Assembly (NCBI GenBank): GCA_017513085.1
Contig: JAFWDK010000027.1
Span: 160,564 to 224,563, forward strand
DNA: 64,000 bases
From: Clostridiales bacterium
Lineage (GTDB): Bacteria; Bacillota; Clostridia; Saccharofermentanales; Saccharofermentanaceae
Direction: 5' to 3'
Below are positions 1 to 9,385 of this stretch, in pieces (position 1 is the first letter of the stretch; every line of letters begins with the position of its first letter). The notes beneath the pieces are model-generated. The model was given only the letters and a program-made list of their open reading frames with translations, had not been told where the DNA came from and did no database searches. The position numbers and the translations under genes are program-made.

Positions 1-2
1 TG

Positions 3-185
3 CTGATCAACGGGCTTTTCCCAGGTGTTTTGCTGGTGATGAGCGGAATCAACCATGATGACCGGATCTTGCGCAAAGCCGAGCAGGCTGCGATTCCGGA
101 GCTTCTGAGATTCAGAATTATCGAGCCTGATGTGCGTCACGACGTTTGGGATGATGAATATAGTATGGATCTTTCTCAGCAGTAA
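3..185 (+). CDS. Possible 3' end of a gene entering from the left edge
   Basis: Stop-free frame ...LINGLFPGVLLVMSG...MDLSQQ ending TAA at 183-185, convergent with hydF; the opposite strand is also open, so uncertain. Confidence 0.35.
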   Translation: MINGLFPGVLLVMSGINHDDRILRKAEQAAIPELLRFRIIEPDVRHDVWDDEYSMDLSQQ

Positions 186-188
186 GTT

Positions 189-1397
189 TCATTTCTTCCC
201 GAGAAGCGGTGCAGAGACGCGTGGGAGGATGCCTTGCATGTGAGCGAGGATGACGCCGTAATTAGTGATCGGCACGCCGGCGCTCTGGCAGATGCGGATG
301 CGGTGCATCATCTCTCTGGGATTGAGCATGCAGCCGCCGCAGTGGATCACGAGATCAAACTCGGAAAGATTGTCCGGGAAAGAATCGCCGGAAGACCACT
401 CAAAGTGGAAGTTTTTACCGGTTGTCCTGGTAATCATCTTCGGAAGCTTCACGGTTCCGATATCGTTGCACTGACGATGGTGTGTGCACCCCTCCGAAAT
501 CAGGATATGAGCACCATCTTCAAGAGAATCCAGTGTTTTGGCAGAAAGGATCGCTTCACCAAGATCTCCTTTGTATCTAGCAAACAGCATGGAGAATGAG
601 GTCAACGGAATCTCCTGCGGGACAATCTCATTAACTTCCTTGAAGGCCTGACTGTCTGTAACGACCAACTTCGGCGGTTTGCCAAGAGACTCCAGAACCT
701 TAGAGAGCTCAGGGACCTGCGTAACTACCGCGATGGCGCTGCTGTCCAGGACATCTCGAAGTGTCTGCTGCTGCGGAAGGATCAGGCGTCCTTTTGGCGC
801 GGATTCATCGATCGGCGTAACCAGAACTACAATATCGCCTTCGGATATCAGATCCGCGATGATCTTTCGGCCGTTTGTCGGATCGACCACCAGATGGCCG
901 ACCATTTCTTTCAGATCGTTAATGTTGATCTTGTCGGAAGCGGACACCCAGATACTATCTTGCGCCACCTCTTTCGTGCGGCCTTTTCCTATACGCTGCT
1001 GGACAAGGTCGAGTTTGTTATATACCGTGATGTACGGAAGATTTCTGTCTTTGAACATTTTCATCAGCATGCGGTCGCCATCAGTAAGACCGATCGTGCC
1101 GTCTACCACGTGGATCGCGATGTCGACTTTCGCCATGACCTCTTTGCACTTGGTCACACGAAGGGCACCCAATTCACCCTCATCGTCGATACCGGGCGTG
1201 TCCACGATCATGACCGGGCCCAGAGGGAGGAGTTCCATTGCCTTATAGACCGGATCTGTCGTTGTCCCTTTTACATCTGAAACGATCGCGATCTCCTGGT
1301 TGGTAAAAGCATTTACAACACTGGATTTTCCGGCATTACGCATACCAAAGAATCCGATATAGATACGCTCTCCGCGTGGTGTTGATGAAAGGCTCAT
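189..1397 (-). CDS. hydF: [FeFe]-hydrogenase H-cluster maturation GTPase
   Basis: GMRNAGKSS P-loop, GTTTD, DTPG, NKLD, and Fe-S ligand motifs EGCTHH and HCGGC. Confidence 0.96.
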   Translation of the reverse strand: MSLSSTPRGERIYIGFFGMRNAGKSSVVNAFTNQEIAIVSDVKGTTTDPVYKAMELLPLGPVMIVDTPGIDDEGELGALRVTKCKEVMAKVDIAIHVVDGTIGLTDGDRMLMKMFKDRNLPYITVYNKLDLVQQRIGKGRTKEVAQDSIWVSASDKININDLKEMVGHLVVDPTNGRKIIADLISEGDIVVLVTPIDESAPKGRLILPQQQTLRDVLDSSAIAVVTQVPELSKVLESLGKPPKLVVTDSQAFKEVNEIVPQEIPLTSFSMLFARYKGDLGEAILSAKTLDSLEDGAHILISEGCTHHRQCNDIGTVKLPKMITRTTGKNFHFEWSSGDSFPDNLSEFDLVIHCGGCMLNPREMMHRIRICQSAGVPITNYGVILAHMQGILPRVSAPLLGKK

Positions 1398-1483
1398 AAG
1401 CGTATTTCCCCTCTTCTCAAGATATGTTTATTGTACTAGAAGAGTAACATCTTTCTCAAGTAGTGAAAGTCTCCTCTTATTGC

Positions 1484-2770
1484 TTAAGAAGCGGAATACT
1501 GAAGTTTATACAATTCTAACAAAGCGTACAAATACATATCTTCTTGTGTTTCAATTAAGCATTCTGAATCACCCAAACTGATGTCCGTGATATCCTCTTC
1601 ATAGGGTTTCGATAAATCAATAACTCTATCGTACAGATATTTGCATGTAGTAATTATCATCATTGAAACCCAAAATGTAACATCATACTCCATCGTATCT
1701 ACATGAGAACAATAAGCCCATACCTCATCAAGCGGTGGATTGATTTCTCCCTTAGGAGTCTCCATTTCTAAATAATCACGAATAGTGGTATCGAGACTGC
1801 ATTTTTCATCATTTGAAACGATTATTGAAACCTGCTTATTCAGTCTAGTAAAAACCAGCGGATCAAATTCAACTCGGTAGTTCGAATATTCATTAAATCC
1901 CCTGTGAAAATACTTTGCTCCATCATAGAGGAAGCTGACAGAACATAACTGTTTTTCATGTGTTTTTTCGTCAAACATCTTTATACTTTTGTTGATCCAA
2001 TCAGAATCTGAGAAAGACATGACAGAGAATTTCTTTAACTCAAGTATTTTCTTCCTTATAGTTTTATTGCATTTACAAAAAGCCGTATACATTGGTCGAA
2101 CAAAGTTATGCAACGGATCTATAAATGAAGCTATCTGGCACAATGGAAGAAGCCCTATTTCTTTCTCATATGTAATACAAAATTCCTGCGCTTCTCTATA
2201 TATAGAGTCTTTATTCTTCGATGGCACGAGTCCTGCATTTTTACGTGATTTGCCCATTCGTTTTTCTATTTGAGAAAAGAATTTCTCATTAAGCTCATGA
2301 ACATTCTTTTCAGCGTTAGAATTATCATTAGATTTTAAAACATACAAAAATACTCCAGCCAAAAATACATCCTCAGCTACACTTTTTTCTCGAATATCTT
2401 TCTTAGTGATTGGGGTTATAACATCAACTTTACATTCGTCATTTGTTTCATCATCGTTCTCTATTAGCTTATATAAAGCCTCCATCAAAACTGGCATTTT
2501 GTTCTGATCAATTAACGGGATTACTTCTTCTGTAAAATGAGATATCAACTTAGGATAATTATTCGAAGTATAACTTAAACCATCTTCAACAACATAGTCC
2601 GGGGGATTCTTCCTACCAGCAACTAAATTAGATATAAGGCTATCGTCAGTCTCATCAAATTGATTGGAGTGAAAATGCATAATCGTTCCAACCAGACGCT
2701 TTTGTGTACAAGATTTTGATTTGTAACGAACCAGAATTGTCAAATATGTTCCCAAACACAATTTGCTCAT
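1484..2770 (-). CDS. Hypothetical protein, divergent from the DUF4417 operon, possibly a regulator
   Basis: 428-aa AT-rich ORF with RBS; no catalytic motif recognised. Confidence 0.75.
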   Translation of the reverse strand: MSKLCLGTYLTILVRYKSKSCTQKRLVGTIMHFHSNQFDETDDSLISNLVAGRKNPPDYVVEDGLSYTSNNYPKLISHFTEEVIPLIDQNKMPVLMEALYKLIENDDETNDECKVDVITPITKKDIREKSVAEDVFLAGVFLYVLKSNDNSNAEKNVHELNEKFFSQIEKRMGKSRKNAGLVPSKNKDSIYREAQEFCITYEKEIGLLPLCQIASFIDPLHNFVRPMYTAFCKCNKTIRKKILELKKFSVMSFSDSDWINKSIKMFDEKTHEKQLCSVSFLYDGAKYFHRGFNEYSNYRVEFDPLVFTRLNKQVSIIVSNDEKCSLDTTIRDYLEMETPKGEINPPLDEVWAYCSHVDTMEYDVTFWVSMMIITTCKYLYDRVIDLSKPYEEDITDISLGDSECLIETQEDMYLYALLELYKLQYSAS

Positions 2771-2928
2771 ATCCTTTCCCCCTGTCTACCCTAGATTATA
2801 CGGCTTTTCACGAAACAAGTCTCGGGAAAGTTTCAGTCATGTTTTTCAATTCAGACACAATTTAAAATGTTGGCAATAACACCAGGATCCTTGTGTTTAT
2901 ATTTCTTTTTTCAGGAGGATAAACACAC

Positions 2929-3651
2929 ATGAAAAGTGTTAATAATCGGCCGCCTCGAAAAGGCTGCAAAGACATTTGGAATGCATTTATGGTTAAAGAT
3001 GCGTCATTCGATGTTGGTACAGATATGCCAATTTGTATTTCAACTGACATTATACCTGTATCGCTCATTTCGTTCGAGGATGCAAAAACCATTTATAAAA
3101 AGGAGATGAAACTTAAGCATAATAATTTCTTTATCAATACCTTCATACATTTCTACATCGATGATCAGAAATTTGATGGGAAACGCACAAGCATTTGGAC
3201 GTATCCAAATCAGGCACTTAAGATCATACGCCATTTTGCCGGCATAATAACACCTGATTTTTCAACATATGCAGATTTCCCCAAACCCGTCAAATACTTT
3301 AACACTTATCGCATGCGAGCATTTGGATGCTGGATGAACGTGTTAGAAATCCCTGCTATTAACAATGTTCGTTGGGGAACATATGAAACCTGGGAATATT
3401 GCTTTGCTGGTATTCCAAAAGGAAGCACTGTTGCAATCGGTTCAGTGGCAAGCGGTATCAGAAAACTAAACAATCGCCCGCTTTTTGAAGAAGGGCTAAA
3501 GAAAATGGTATCCGTCATATCTCCAAAACGCATAATCGTCTATGGCTCTTCAAATTACCCCTGTCTTCAGAATCTTCGAAAAACCGGCATAGAGATAGTT
3601 TCCATTCCGAGCAAGACAAGTCTGGCGTATAAGGAGGTGTCTAATGAGTAA
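2929..3651 (+). CDS. DUF4417 family protein
   Basis: Motifs HFYIDDQKF, ITPDFSTYAD, NTYR, NVRWG...FAG; AGGAGG RBS. Confidence 0.85.
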   Translation: MKSVNNRPPRKGCKDIWNAFMVKDASFDVGTDMPICISTDIIPVSLISFEDAKTIYKKEMKLKHNNFFINTFIHFYIDDQKFDGKRTSIWTYPNQALKIIRHFAGIITPDFSTYADFPKPVKYFNTYRMRAFGCWMNVLEIPAINNVRWGTYETWEYCFAGIPKGSTVAIGSVASGIRKLNNRPLFEEGLKKMVSVISPKRIIVYGSSNYPCLQNLRKTGIEIVSIPSKTSLAYKEVSNE

Positions 3652-4219
3652 ATCTAACAGTGGGCTTTTCTCTGGTACGAACGGAGACAAACTGACACGT
3701 TATACTCGCACTGTAGGAAATCTCAGGCAAAAGATTCCGGAAAGTGATATTATAGCAAGTAGAGTAGCGGGCCTTGATCTTCATGAGCATCCTTTGAAAT
3801 ATAAGCAGTTATCTTCCAAAAAGATGAAACAGTTAAGCAAGAAAGTTGCTACACGCACGTTGACACAGCACGAGTATAAATCATATGATTCGAATATGCG
3901 ATTATTGAAAAGACGTGAAAAAGGTGTGGATTCCTTTTGGAAGCAAGAGACACAACGAATCATTGCAGGCGCTCCCACCACAAGAAACTGGAGTCCGGAG
4001 CAAAGAAATGACATAATTCATAATCGTCGGCCGAAAGAGAATGGAAAAACTCTGCAAGGTCACCATACCTATAGTGTCGCTAAGTATCCGCACTTGGCAA
4101 ATCGTGGAGAAGTAGTATTTCCTGCAACTTTTAATGAACACTTATATGGATGGCACGGAGGTAATATCAAGAAGTCATTGCCGGGTCAACCAATAAACCC
4201 TAGTAAACTTCGTAGATAG
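3644..4219 (+). CDS. Tox-GHH (HNH/EndoVII-fold) nuclease toxin with a short Gly/Ser-rich N-terminal leader
   Basis: FWKQE...TRNWSPEQ...LQGHHTYSVAKYPHLA...EH...HGGN matches the GHH-signature toxin pattern; 8-nt overlap with DUF4417; AAGGAGG RBS. Confidence 0.8.
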   Translation: MSKSNSGLFSGTNGDKLTRYTRTVGNLRQKIPESDIIASRVAGLDLHEHPLKYKQLSSKKMKQLSKKVATRTLTQHEYKSYDSNMRLLKRREKGVDSFWKQETQRIIAGAPTTRNWSPEQRNDIIHNRRPKENGKTLQGHHTYSVAKYPHLANRGEVVFPATFNEHLYGWHGGNIKKSLPGQPINPSKLRR

Positions 4220-4232
4220 TAGGAGGAAAAAA

Positions 4233-4592
4233 ATGCAAAACATAGATGTTATGGATAACATAGGAATTAAGATTACTCATTTTACTTCCCTCTCAAAAAC
4301 CATCGGGATTTTAAGAAAGTATCGAAATGACTCTATGAGTACTATCAAATCTGATATCGAGTCAAGTGATTTTGTCTTTGCATGTGATTATACCGATGAT
4401 GAAGGACTTGTAAAACTCATCAATTGTTATGATGAGCTTGTAGCATGTGGTTGTAATGTAGTCATATATGATCTTGGTCGTATTGGCTCTAGAGAATTAC
4501 TTTGCAATCTGCATGAGTCTCACGAAATAACACATATGGAAACATTAGCAGAGATAGATGCTGAGTTAAATGATGCTGAAAATGACGAATGA
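4233..4592 (+). CDS. Putative cognate immunity protein
   Basis: Small acidic ORF 13 nt after the toxin stop, with AGGAGG RBS; assignment is positional. Confidence 0.6.
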   Translation: MQNIDVMDNIGIKITHFTSLSKTIGILRKYRNDSMSTIKSDIESSDFVFACDYTDDEGLVKLINCYDELVACGCNVVIYDLGRIGSRELLCNLHESHEITHMETLAEIDAELNDAENDE

Positions 4593-4618
4593 CAGCATAT
4601 CGGGAAGATTACCTTGGC

Positions 4619-4660
4619 AAAGGGTGTATAGGCGTTATAGATACCTATACACCCTTTCTT
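4619..4660 (+). terminator. Hairpin closing the toxin island
   Basis: AAAGGGTGTATAGG / CCTATACACCCTTT perfect 14-bp inverted repeat. Confidence 0.6.
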
Positions 4661-4704
4661 GAAAATGTGGTACATTAAATGTAGTTTTCGAGGGTTCCCA
4701 GGGG

Positions 4705-5850
4705 GTGGGTATGAAGATACGTTTTGACGGGTTGACGAAGCGTTTTCCCAATCGTAATAAGAAGATCAAGTCCGAGGTCGTGGCAGTAGATAATTTCTGC
4801 TTTGAGATCCCGGATGGTAAGCTGGTGGGCCTTCTCGGTCCTTCCGGTTGTGGTAAGAGTACAGCGCTGAACCTGATCTGCGGCCTGGAGACACCGACGG
4901 AGGGAAAGATCTTTTTCGACGATGACGATGTCACCGATCTTCCTGCAGAGAACCGTGGTGTCGGTATGGTCTTTCAGAGTTACGCCCTCTACCCTCACCT
5001 GACCGTGAAGAAAAATATCATGTTCCCTCTTCAGAACTTGAAGGGCGAACAGAAAATGACAAAAGAGCAGATGGAGGCCAAGGCTCTGGAAGCAGCGAAG
5101 ATCGTACAGATTGAAGAACTGATGGACAGAAAGCCAAGTGAAATGAGCGGAGGTCAGCAGCAGCGTGTAGCTATAGCCCGTGCTCTGGTCAAGATGCCTC
5201 GCGTGTTGCTTCTGGACGAACCTCTTTCCAACCTGGACGCACGTCTCCGTATCCAGACAAGAGAAGAGATCAAGCGCATCCAAAACACCACAAAGATCAC
5301 GACCGTATTTGTTACGCATGACCAGGAAGAAGCTATGAGCATTTCCGACCTGATCGTGGTCATGAAGGACGGCGCCGTGCACCAGATCGGCAAGCCCCAG
5401 GAAGTATATGACGCGCCGGTCAATCTGTTCGTGGCAAAATTCCTTGGCACGCCGCCGATCAACGTCTTTACCGGGAAAATCAAGGACGGAAAGCTTATTC
5501 TTGGAGAGGATACCATCCTGGGGAAAGACTATGTGAAGGATACAAAGGATCAGGAAGTCTTCATCGGCATCCGTCCGGAAGGCTTCATTCTCCGCGAGAA
5601 TAAAGAGAAAAAAGATAATCTGGACGGAAAAAACGGCGTATTCCATGCCGATCTTCTGGCTATCGAAGTCATGGGCAGAGATACCAGCGTTGTCTTCTCT
5701 CACTGTTCTTCCGAAATTGAAGGAACAAGACTTCGTGCTATCGTATCTTCTGACAACCAGATCGATCCGGAAAGCAAGAAAGTCGCCTTTGATGTGAATC
5801 CGAAGAAAGTCTTTGTTTTCTCAAAAGAAACGCAGGAGCGTCTGCTATGA
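4705..5850 (+). CDS. Carbohydrate-type ABC transporter ATP-binding protein (MalK/UgpC family)
   Basis: [28 protein letters not shown]. Confidence 0.95.
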   Translation: MGMKIRFDGLTKRFPNRNKKIKSEVVAVDNFCFEIPDGKLVGLLGPSGCGKSTALNLICGLETPTEGKIFFDDDDVTDLPAENRGVGMVFQSYALYPHLTVKKNIMFPLQNLKGEQKMTKEQMEAKALEAAKIVQIEELMDRKPSEMSGGQQQRVAIARALVKMPRVLLLDEPLSNLDARLRIQTREEIKRIQNTTKITTVFVTHDQEEAMSISDLIVVMKDGAVHQIGKPQEVYDAPVNLFVAKFLGTPPINVFTGKIKDGKLILGEDTILGKDYVKDTKDQEVFIGIRPEGFILRENKEKKDNLDGKNGVFHADLLAIEVMGRDTSVVFSHCSSEIEGTRLRAIVSSDNQIDPESKKVAFDVNPKKVFVFSKETQERLL

Positions 5851-6800
5851 GCGTGCAGCAGGATACAAAACTACAACCGGCCAAAGCCAGGAGCAACGCG
5901 AAGTTACTGAAGAAACTGAACGCTTTCAAAGCATGGCTGTACCTTCTCCCCGCGCTGGTCTTCCTCGGCATCTTTATGGTCTACCCTCTGATCGACGTTC
6001 TGGTCTATTCTTTTGAAGAGGGATACAATTCCGCGTCCCAGACCTCTTTCGGCACAGGATGGTTCAATTATGCCTATGTCCTGCACGACCCGTATTTTCT
6101 ACAGGCCGTGAAGAATACGTTCATCATCGTAATCATCACAGTGCCGCTTTCGACACTTCTGGCACTTCTCATTTCCTTGGCACTGAATTCCATCAAGAAA
6201 CTCAAGGAAGTCTTCCAGACGATCTTCTTTCTTCCCTACGTGACCAATACGCTGGCTGTAGGTCTTGTCTTTATGATCATGTTCAAAAAGACCCCGTACA
6301 CGGATGGCCTCATCAACATGATCCTCGCCATCTTTAAGCGCGGTCCTGTCGACTTTATCGATGGTCCGTACTGGGCCAAGATGTTCGTCATGTGCTTCTA
6401 TACGATCTGGGTCGTACTTCCCTTTAAAGTCCTGATCCTGACGTCGGCTCTTGCTTCCGTTGACGAGGTCTACTACAAAGCCGCCAAGATCGACGGCACT
6501 TCCCGCTTCCGTATGTTTACACATATCACGCTTCCGATGATCTCCCCCATGATCTTCTATCTTGTGATCACCGGCTTCATCGGTGCTTTTAAAGCATATA
6601 GTGACGAGGTGGCCATCTTCGGTACGAACCTCAATTCTGCCGGCATGAATACCATCGTCGGATACGTTTATGACATGCTCTACGGTGACTCAGGCGGATA
6701 CCCGTCTTACGCCGCCGCAGCTGCGCTGATCCTCTTTGCCATCGTCTTTACGATCACGGTGGTCAACCTTCTGATCAGCAAAAAAACTTCCATACGGTGA
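5847..6800 (+). CDS. Carbohydrate ABC permease
   Basis: Multiple TM segments; EAA-type loop KAAKIDG. Confidence 0.93.
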   Translation: MSVQQDTKLQPAKARSNAKLLKKLNAFKAWLYLLPALVFLGIFMVYPLIDVLVYSFEEGYNSASQTSFGTGWFNYAYVLHDPYFLQAVKNTFIIVIITVPLSTLLALLISLALNSIKKLKEVFQTIFFLPYVTNTLAVGLVFMIMFKKTPYTDGLINMILAIFKRGPVDFIDGPYWAKMFVMCFYTIWVVLPFKVLILTSALASVDEVYYKAAKIDGTSRFRMFTHITLPMISPMIFYLVITGFIGAFKAYSDEVAIFGTNLNSAGMNTIVGYVYDMLYGDSGGYPSYAAAAALILFAIVFTITVVNLLISKKTSIR

Positions 6801-6816
6801 AAGGGGGGCGTGATGT

Positions 6817-7683
6817 ATGAGTGATTATGATCAGATCAGCAAACAGGCCCGCACCGCAAGGATCGTGCGCAAGACCGTCACCTATGCCCTCCTGACCTTG
6901 TGGGGGATCATAGTGCTTTTCCCGTTCTACTGGATGATCCTTTCTTCCATTAAGAGTTACGGCAGCTATAATGCGGAGTTTACGCCGAAGTTCATCACGA
7001 CCGAACCGACGATGCAGAACTACATCGATGCGTTTACGAAGGTGAACCTGGGAAGATATTTTTTCAATACCATCGTCTTCACAGTCGTCACCACGGCTCT
7101 CATGATGCTTGTCATCGTATTCGCCGCTTTCGCGTTCTCGAGGCTTCAGTTCCGTGGAAAGAACCTGGTGTTTACTCTTTTTCTTTCTCTCATGATGATC
7201 CCGTCGGAACTGGTGATCATCACTAACTTTGTCACGATTACGAACTGGGGACTTCGGAATACTTTTACAGGTCTGATCCTGCCGTCCGTCACTTCAGTCT
7301 TTTATATTTATCTTTTGAAAGAAAACTTTGAGCAGATCCCAGACGATCTTTATAAAGCCGCGAAAGTAGATGGCACATCGGACATGAAGTACCTTTTCAA
7401 AGTCATGGTGCCGATCTGCTCGCCAACGATCGTGACCGTTGTGATCCTCAAGGTCATCGAGTGCTGGAACGCTTATGTATGGCCGCGTCTCATCACGGAC
7501 AACCCCAAGTACTTCCTGGTCAGTAATGGTATCTCGGAGATCCGTGAGAACGGCTTTGGCCGTGAAAACATTCCCGCCATGATGGCCGCCGTTGTGGTCA
7601 TCTCGATCCCGTTGATCGTATTGTTCCTGATCTTCCATAAGAAGATCATGGCCGGCGTAAGCAGAGGAGGTACGAAAGGATGA
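6817..7683 (+). CDS. Carbohydrate ABC permease
   Basis: TM segments; IPDDLYKAAKVDG; WNAYVWP. Confidence 0.93.
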   Translation: MSDYDQISKQARTARIVRKTVTYALLTLWGIIVLFPFYWMILSSIKSYGSYNAEFTPKFITTEPTMQNYIDAFTKVNLGRYFFNTIVFTVVTTALMMLVIVFAAFAFSRLQFRGKNLVFTLFLSLMMIPSELVIITNFVTITNWGLRNTFTGLILPSVTSVFYIYLLKENFEQIPDDLYKAAKVDGTSDMKYLFKVMVPICSPTIVTVVILKVIECWNAYVWPRLITDNPKYFLVSNGISEIRENGFGRENIPAMMAAVVVISIPLIVLFLIFHKKIMAGVSRGGTKG

Positions 7684-9290
7684 AACGTCTTATGTCACGC
7701 ATTCTCTCCTCTGTGCTTCTTGCAGTCATCCTGATAGCCTGCGCCCTACCGCTCGCATCGTGCCACGGCTCGACCGCCCTCGCCGCTTTTGACGTACCGG
7801 ACGATTTCGACATGAACAAGCAGTATGAGATCACCTTCTGGGCAAAAAACGATACTAATGTCACGCAGACAAAAGTCTACAGCAAGGCCGTCGAAGACTT
7901 TCAGAAACTTTACCCGAATATCCATGTCAACCTGCGCTTCTACACGGATTATAACAAGATCTATAACGACGTCATCACGAACATCGCAACGAAGACGACA
8001 CCGAATATCTGCATCACGTACCCGGACCATATCGCGACCTACATGACCGGCGATAACGTGGTGGTACCGCTGGATGCGCTTTTTAAGGATAAGAAATACG
8101 GACTCGGTGGAAGCGAGGTGCGCTTTGACAGTCCGAAATTAAACGAAGTGGTTCCGCAATTTCTGGAAGAGTGCCGGATCGGCAATGAACACTACGCGAT
8201 CCCCTTCATGCGTTCGACTGAAGCCTGCTATGTGAATAAGGATTTTGTGGAGAAACTGGGTTACACTCTTCCGGAAGTTTTGACCTGGGATTTCGTGTGG
8301 GAAGTCTCGGAAGCGGCAACGAAGAAGAATCCGGACGGGACTTTTGCCATCAATGGCCAAAAGACCATGATTCCTTTCATCTACAAATCGTCTGACAACA
8401 TGATGATCCATATGCTTTTCCAGAAAGATGCCGGTTACTCCACACCTTCCGGTGAGATCAACATCTTTAACGACACCACACAGGAACTCCTCGAGGAAAT
8501 CGCAGGACACGCCGGGACAGGTGCTTTTTCCACATTCAAGATCAGCAGCTATCCGGCAAATTTTCTGAATGCAGGACAATGCATTTTCGCCATCGACTCT
8601 ACTGCGGGTTCCACCTGGATGGGTACCAAAGCTCCGAATATCGATATCAGCAAAGACAAGCTCGTGGATTTTGAAACCGTGGTCTACCCGGTTCCGCAAT
8701 ACGATCCGTCCGAACCGAAGATGATCTCCCAGGGGCCGTCGATCTGTTTGTTTAACAAAGAAGATAAAGGCGAGGTCCTGGCCAGTTGGCTATTCGCATC
8801 GTATCTTCTGACAAACGATGTGCAGATCGCTTATTCGGAAACGGAAGGATATGTTCCGGTCACGACCAAAGCACAGACTTCAAAAGCCTATCAGGAATAC
8901 CTTTCAGGCAGGAATATCGGCGACGACTTGCATTACAGCGTAAAACTGGATGCTTGCGAACTGCTGATCTCACACGTTTCCGACACCTTTGTCACGCCGG
9001 TTTTTAACGGGTCCACTTCTCTACGAAACGCCGCCGGTGAACTGATCGAGAACGTGACCAAATCTGCCAGAAGAAAGCAGACTATCGACAAAGCCTACTA
9101 CGAGAAGCTTTACGCGGACACAACGTCCCTCTACCGTTTGGACCAGATCGTCAAAACTGACGCCGTAAATATAAAAGATCTTGGCAAATTGCCGAATACT
9201 GCCGTGATTTTGCTGGTAAGTCTGGCTGTTTCTTGGGTTTTGATTGGTACATATGTAGTTTCTCGTCAAATCCGCAAGAAAAAAACGTGA
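7680..9290 (+). CDS. ABC solute-binding lipoprotein with an additional C-terminal TM anchor
   Basis: Lipobox LASC; last gene of the operon; C-terminal hydrophobic helix followed by RKKK. Confidence 0.88.
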   Translation: MKRLMSRILSSVLLAVILIACALPLASCHGSTALAAFDVPDDFDMNKQYEITFWAKNDTNVTQTKVYSKAVEDFQKLYPNIHVNLRFYTDYNKIYNDVITNIATKTTPNICITYPDHIATYMTGDNVVVPLDALFKDKKYGLGGSEVRFDSPKLNEVVPQFLEECRIGNEHYAIPFMRSTEACYVNKDFVEKLGYTLPEVLTWDFVWEVSEAATKKNPDGTFAINGQKTMIPFIYKSSDNMMIHMLFQKDAGYSTPSGEINIFNDTTQELLEEIAGHAGTGAFSTFKISSYPANFLNAGQCIFAIDSTAGSTWMGTKAPNIDISKDKLVDFETVVYPVPQYDPSEPKMISQGPSICLFNKEDKGEVLASWLFASYLLTNDVQIAYSETEGYVPVTTKAQTSKAYQEYLSGRNIGDDLHYSVKLDACELLISHVSDTFVTPVFNGSTSLRNAAGELIENVTKSARRKQTIDKAYYEKLYADTTSLYRLDQIVKTDAVNIKDLGKLPNTAVILLVSLAVSWVLIGTYVVSRQIRKKKT

Positions 9291-9316
9291 ATCTTGCAAA
9301 AAATGACTTATAATAT

Positions 9317-9358
9317 GGACTGACCAAAGCGAAAGCTGCTGGTCAGTCCTTTTTATTT
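9317..9358 (+). terminator. Rho-independent terminator
   Basis: GGACTGACCA / TGGTCAGTCC stem followed by a T tract. Confidence 0.7.
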
Positions 9359-9385
9359 TGAATGAAAAGAATAGGAGAGAACATT

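Noticed and set aside
4671-4683. TACA...TGTA upstream of the ABC operon as a BlaI box
   Set aside because: The spacer is 5 nt rather than 2, and the site lies outside the element
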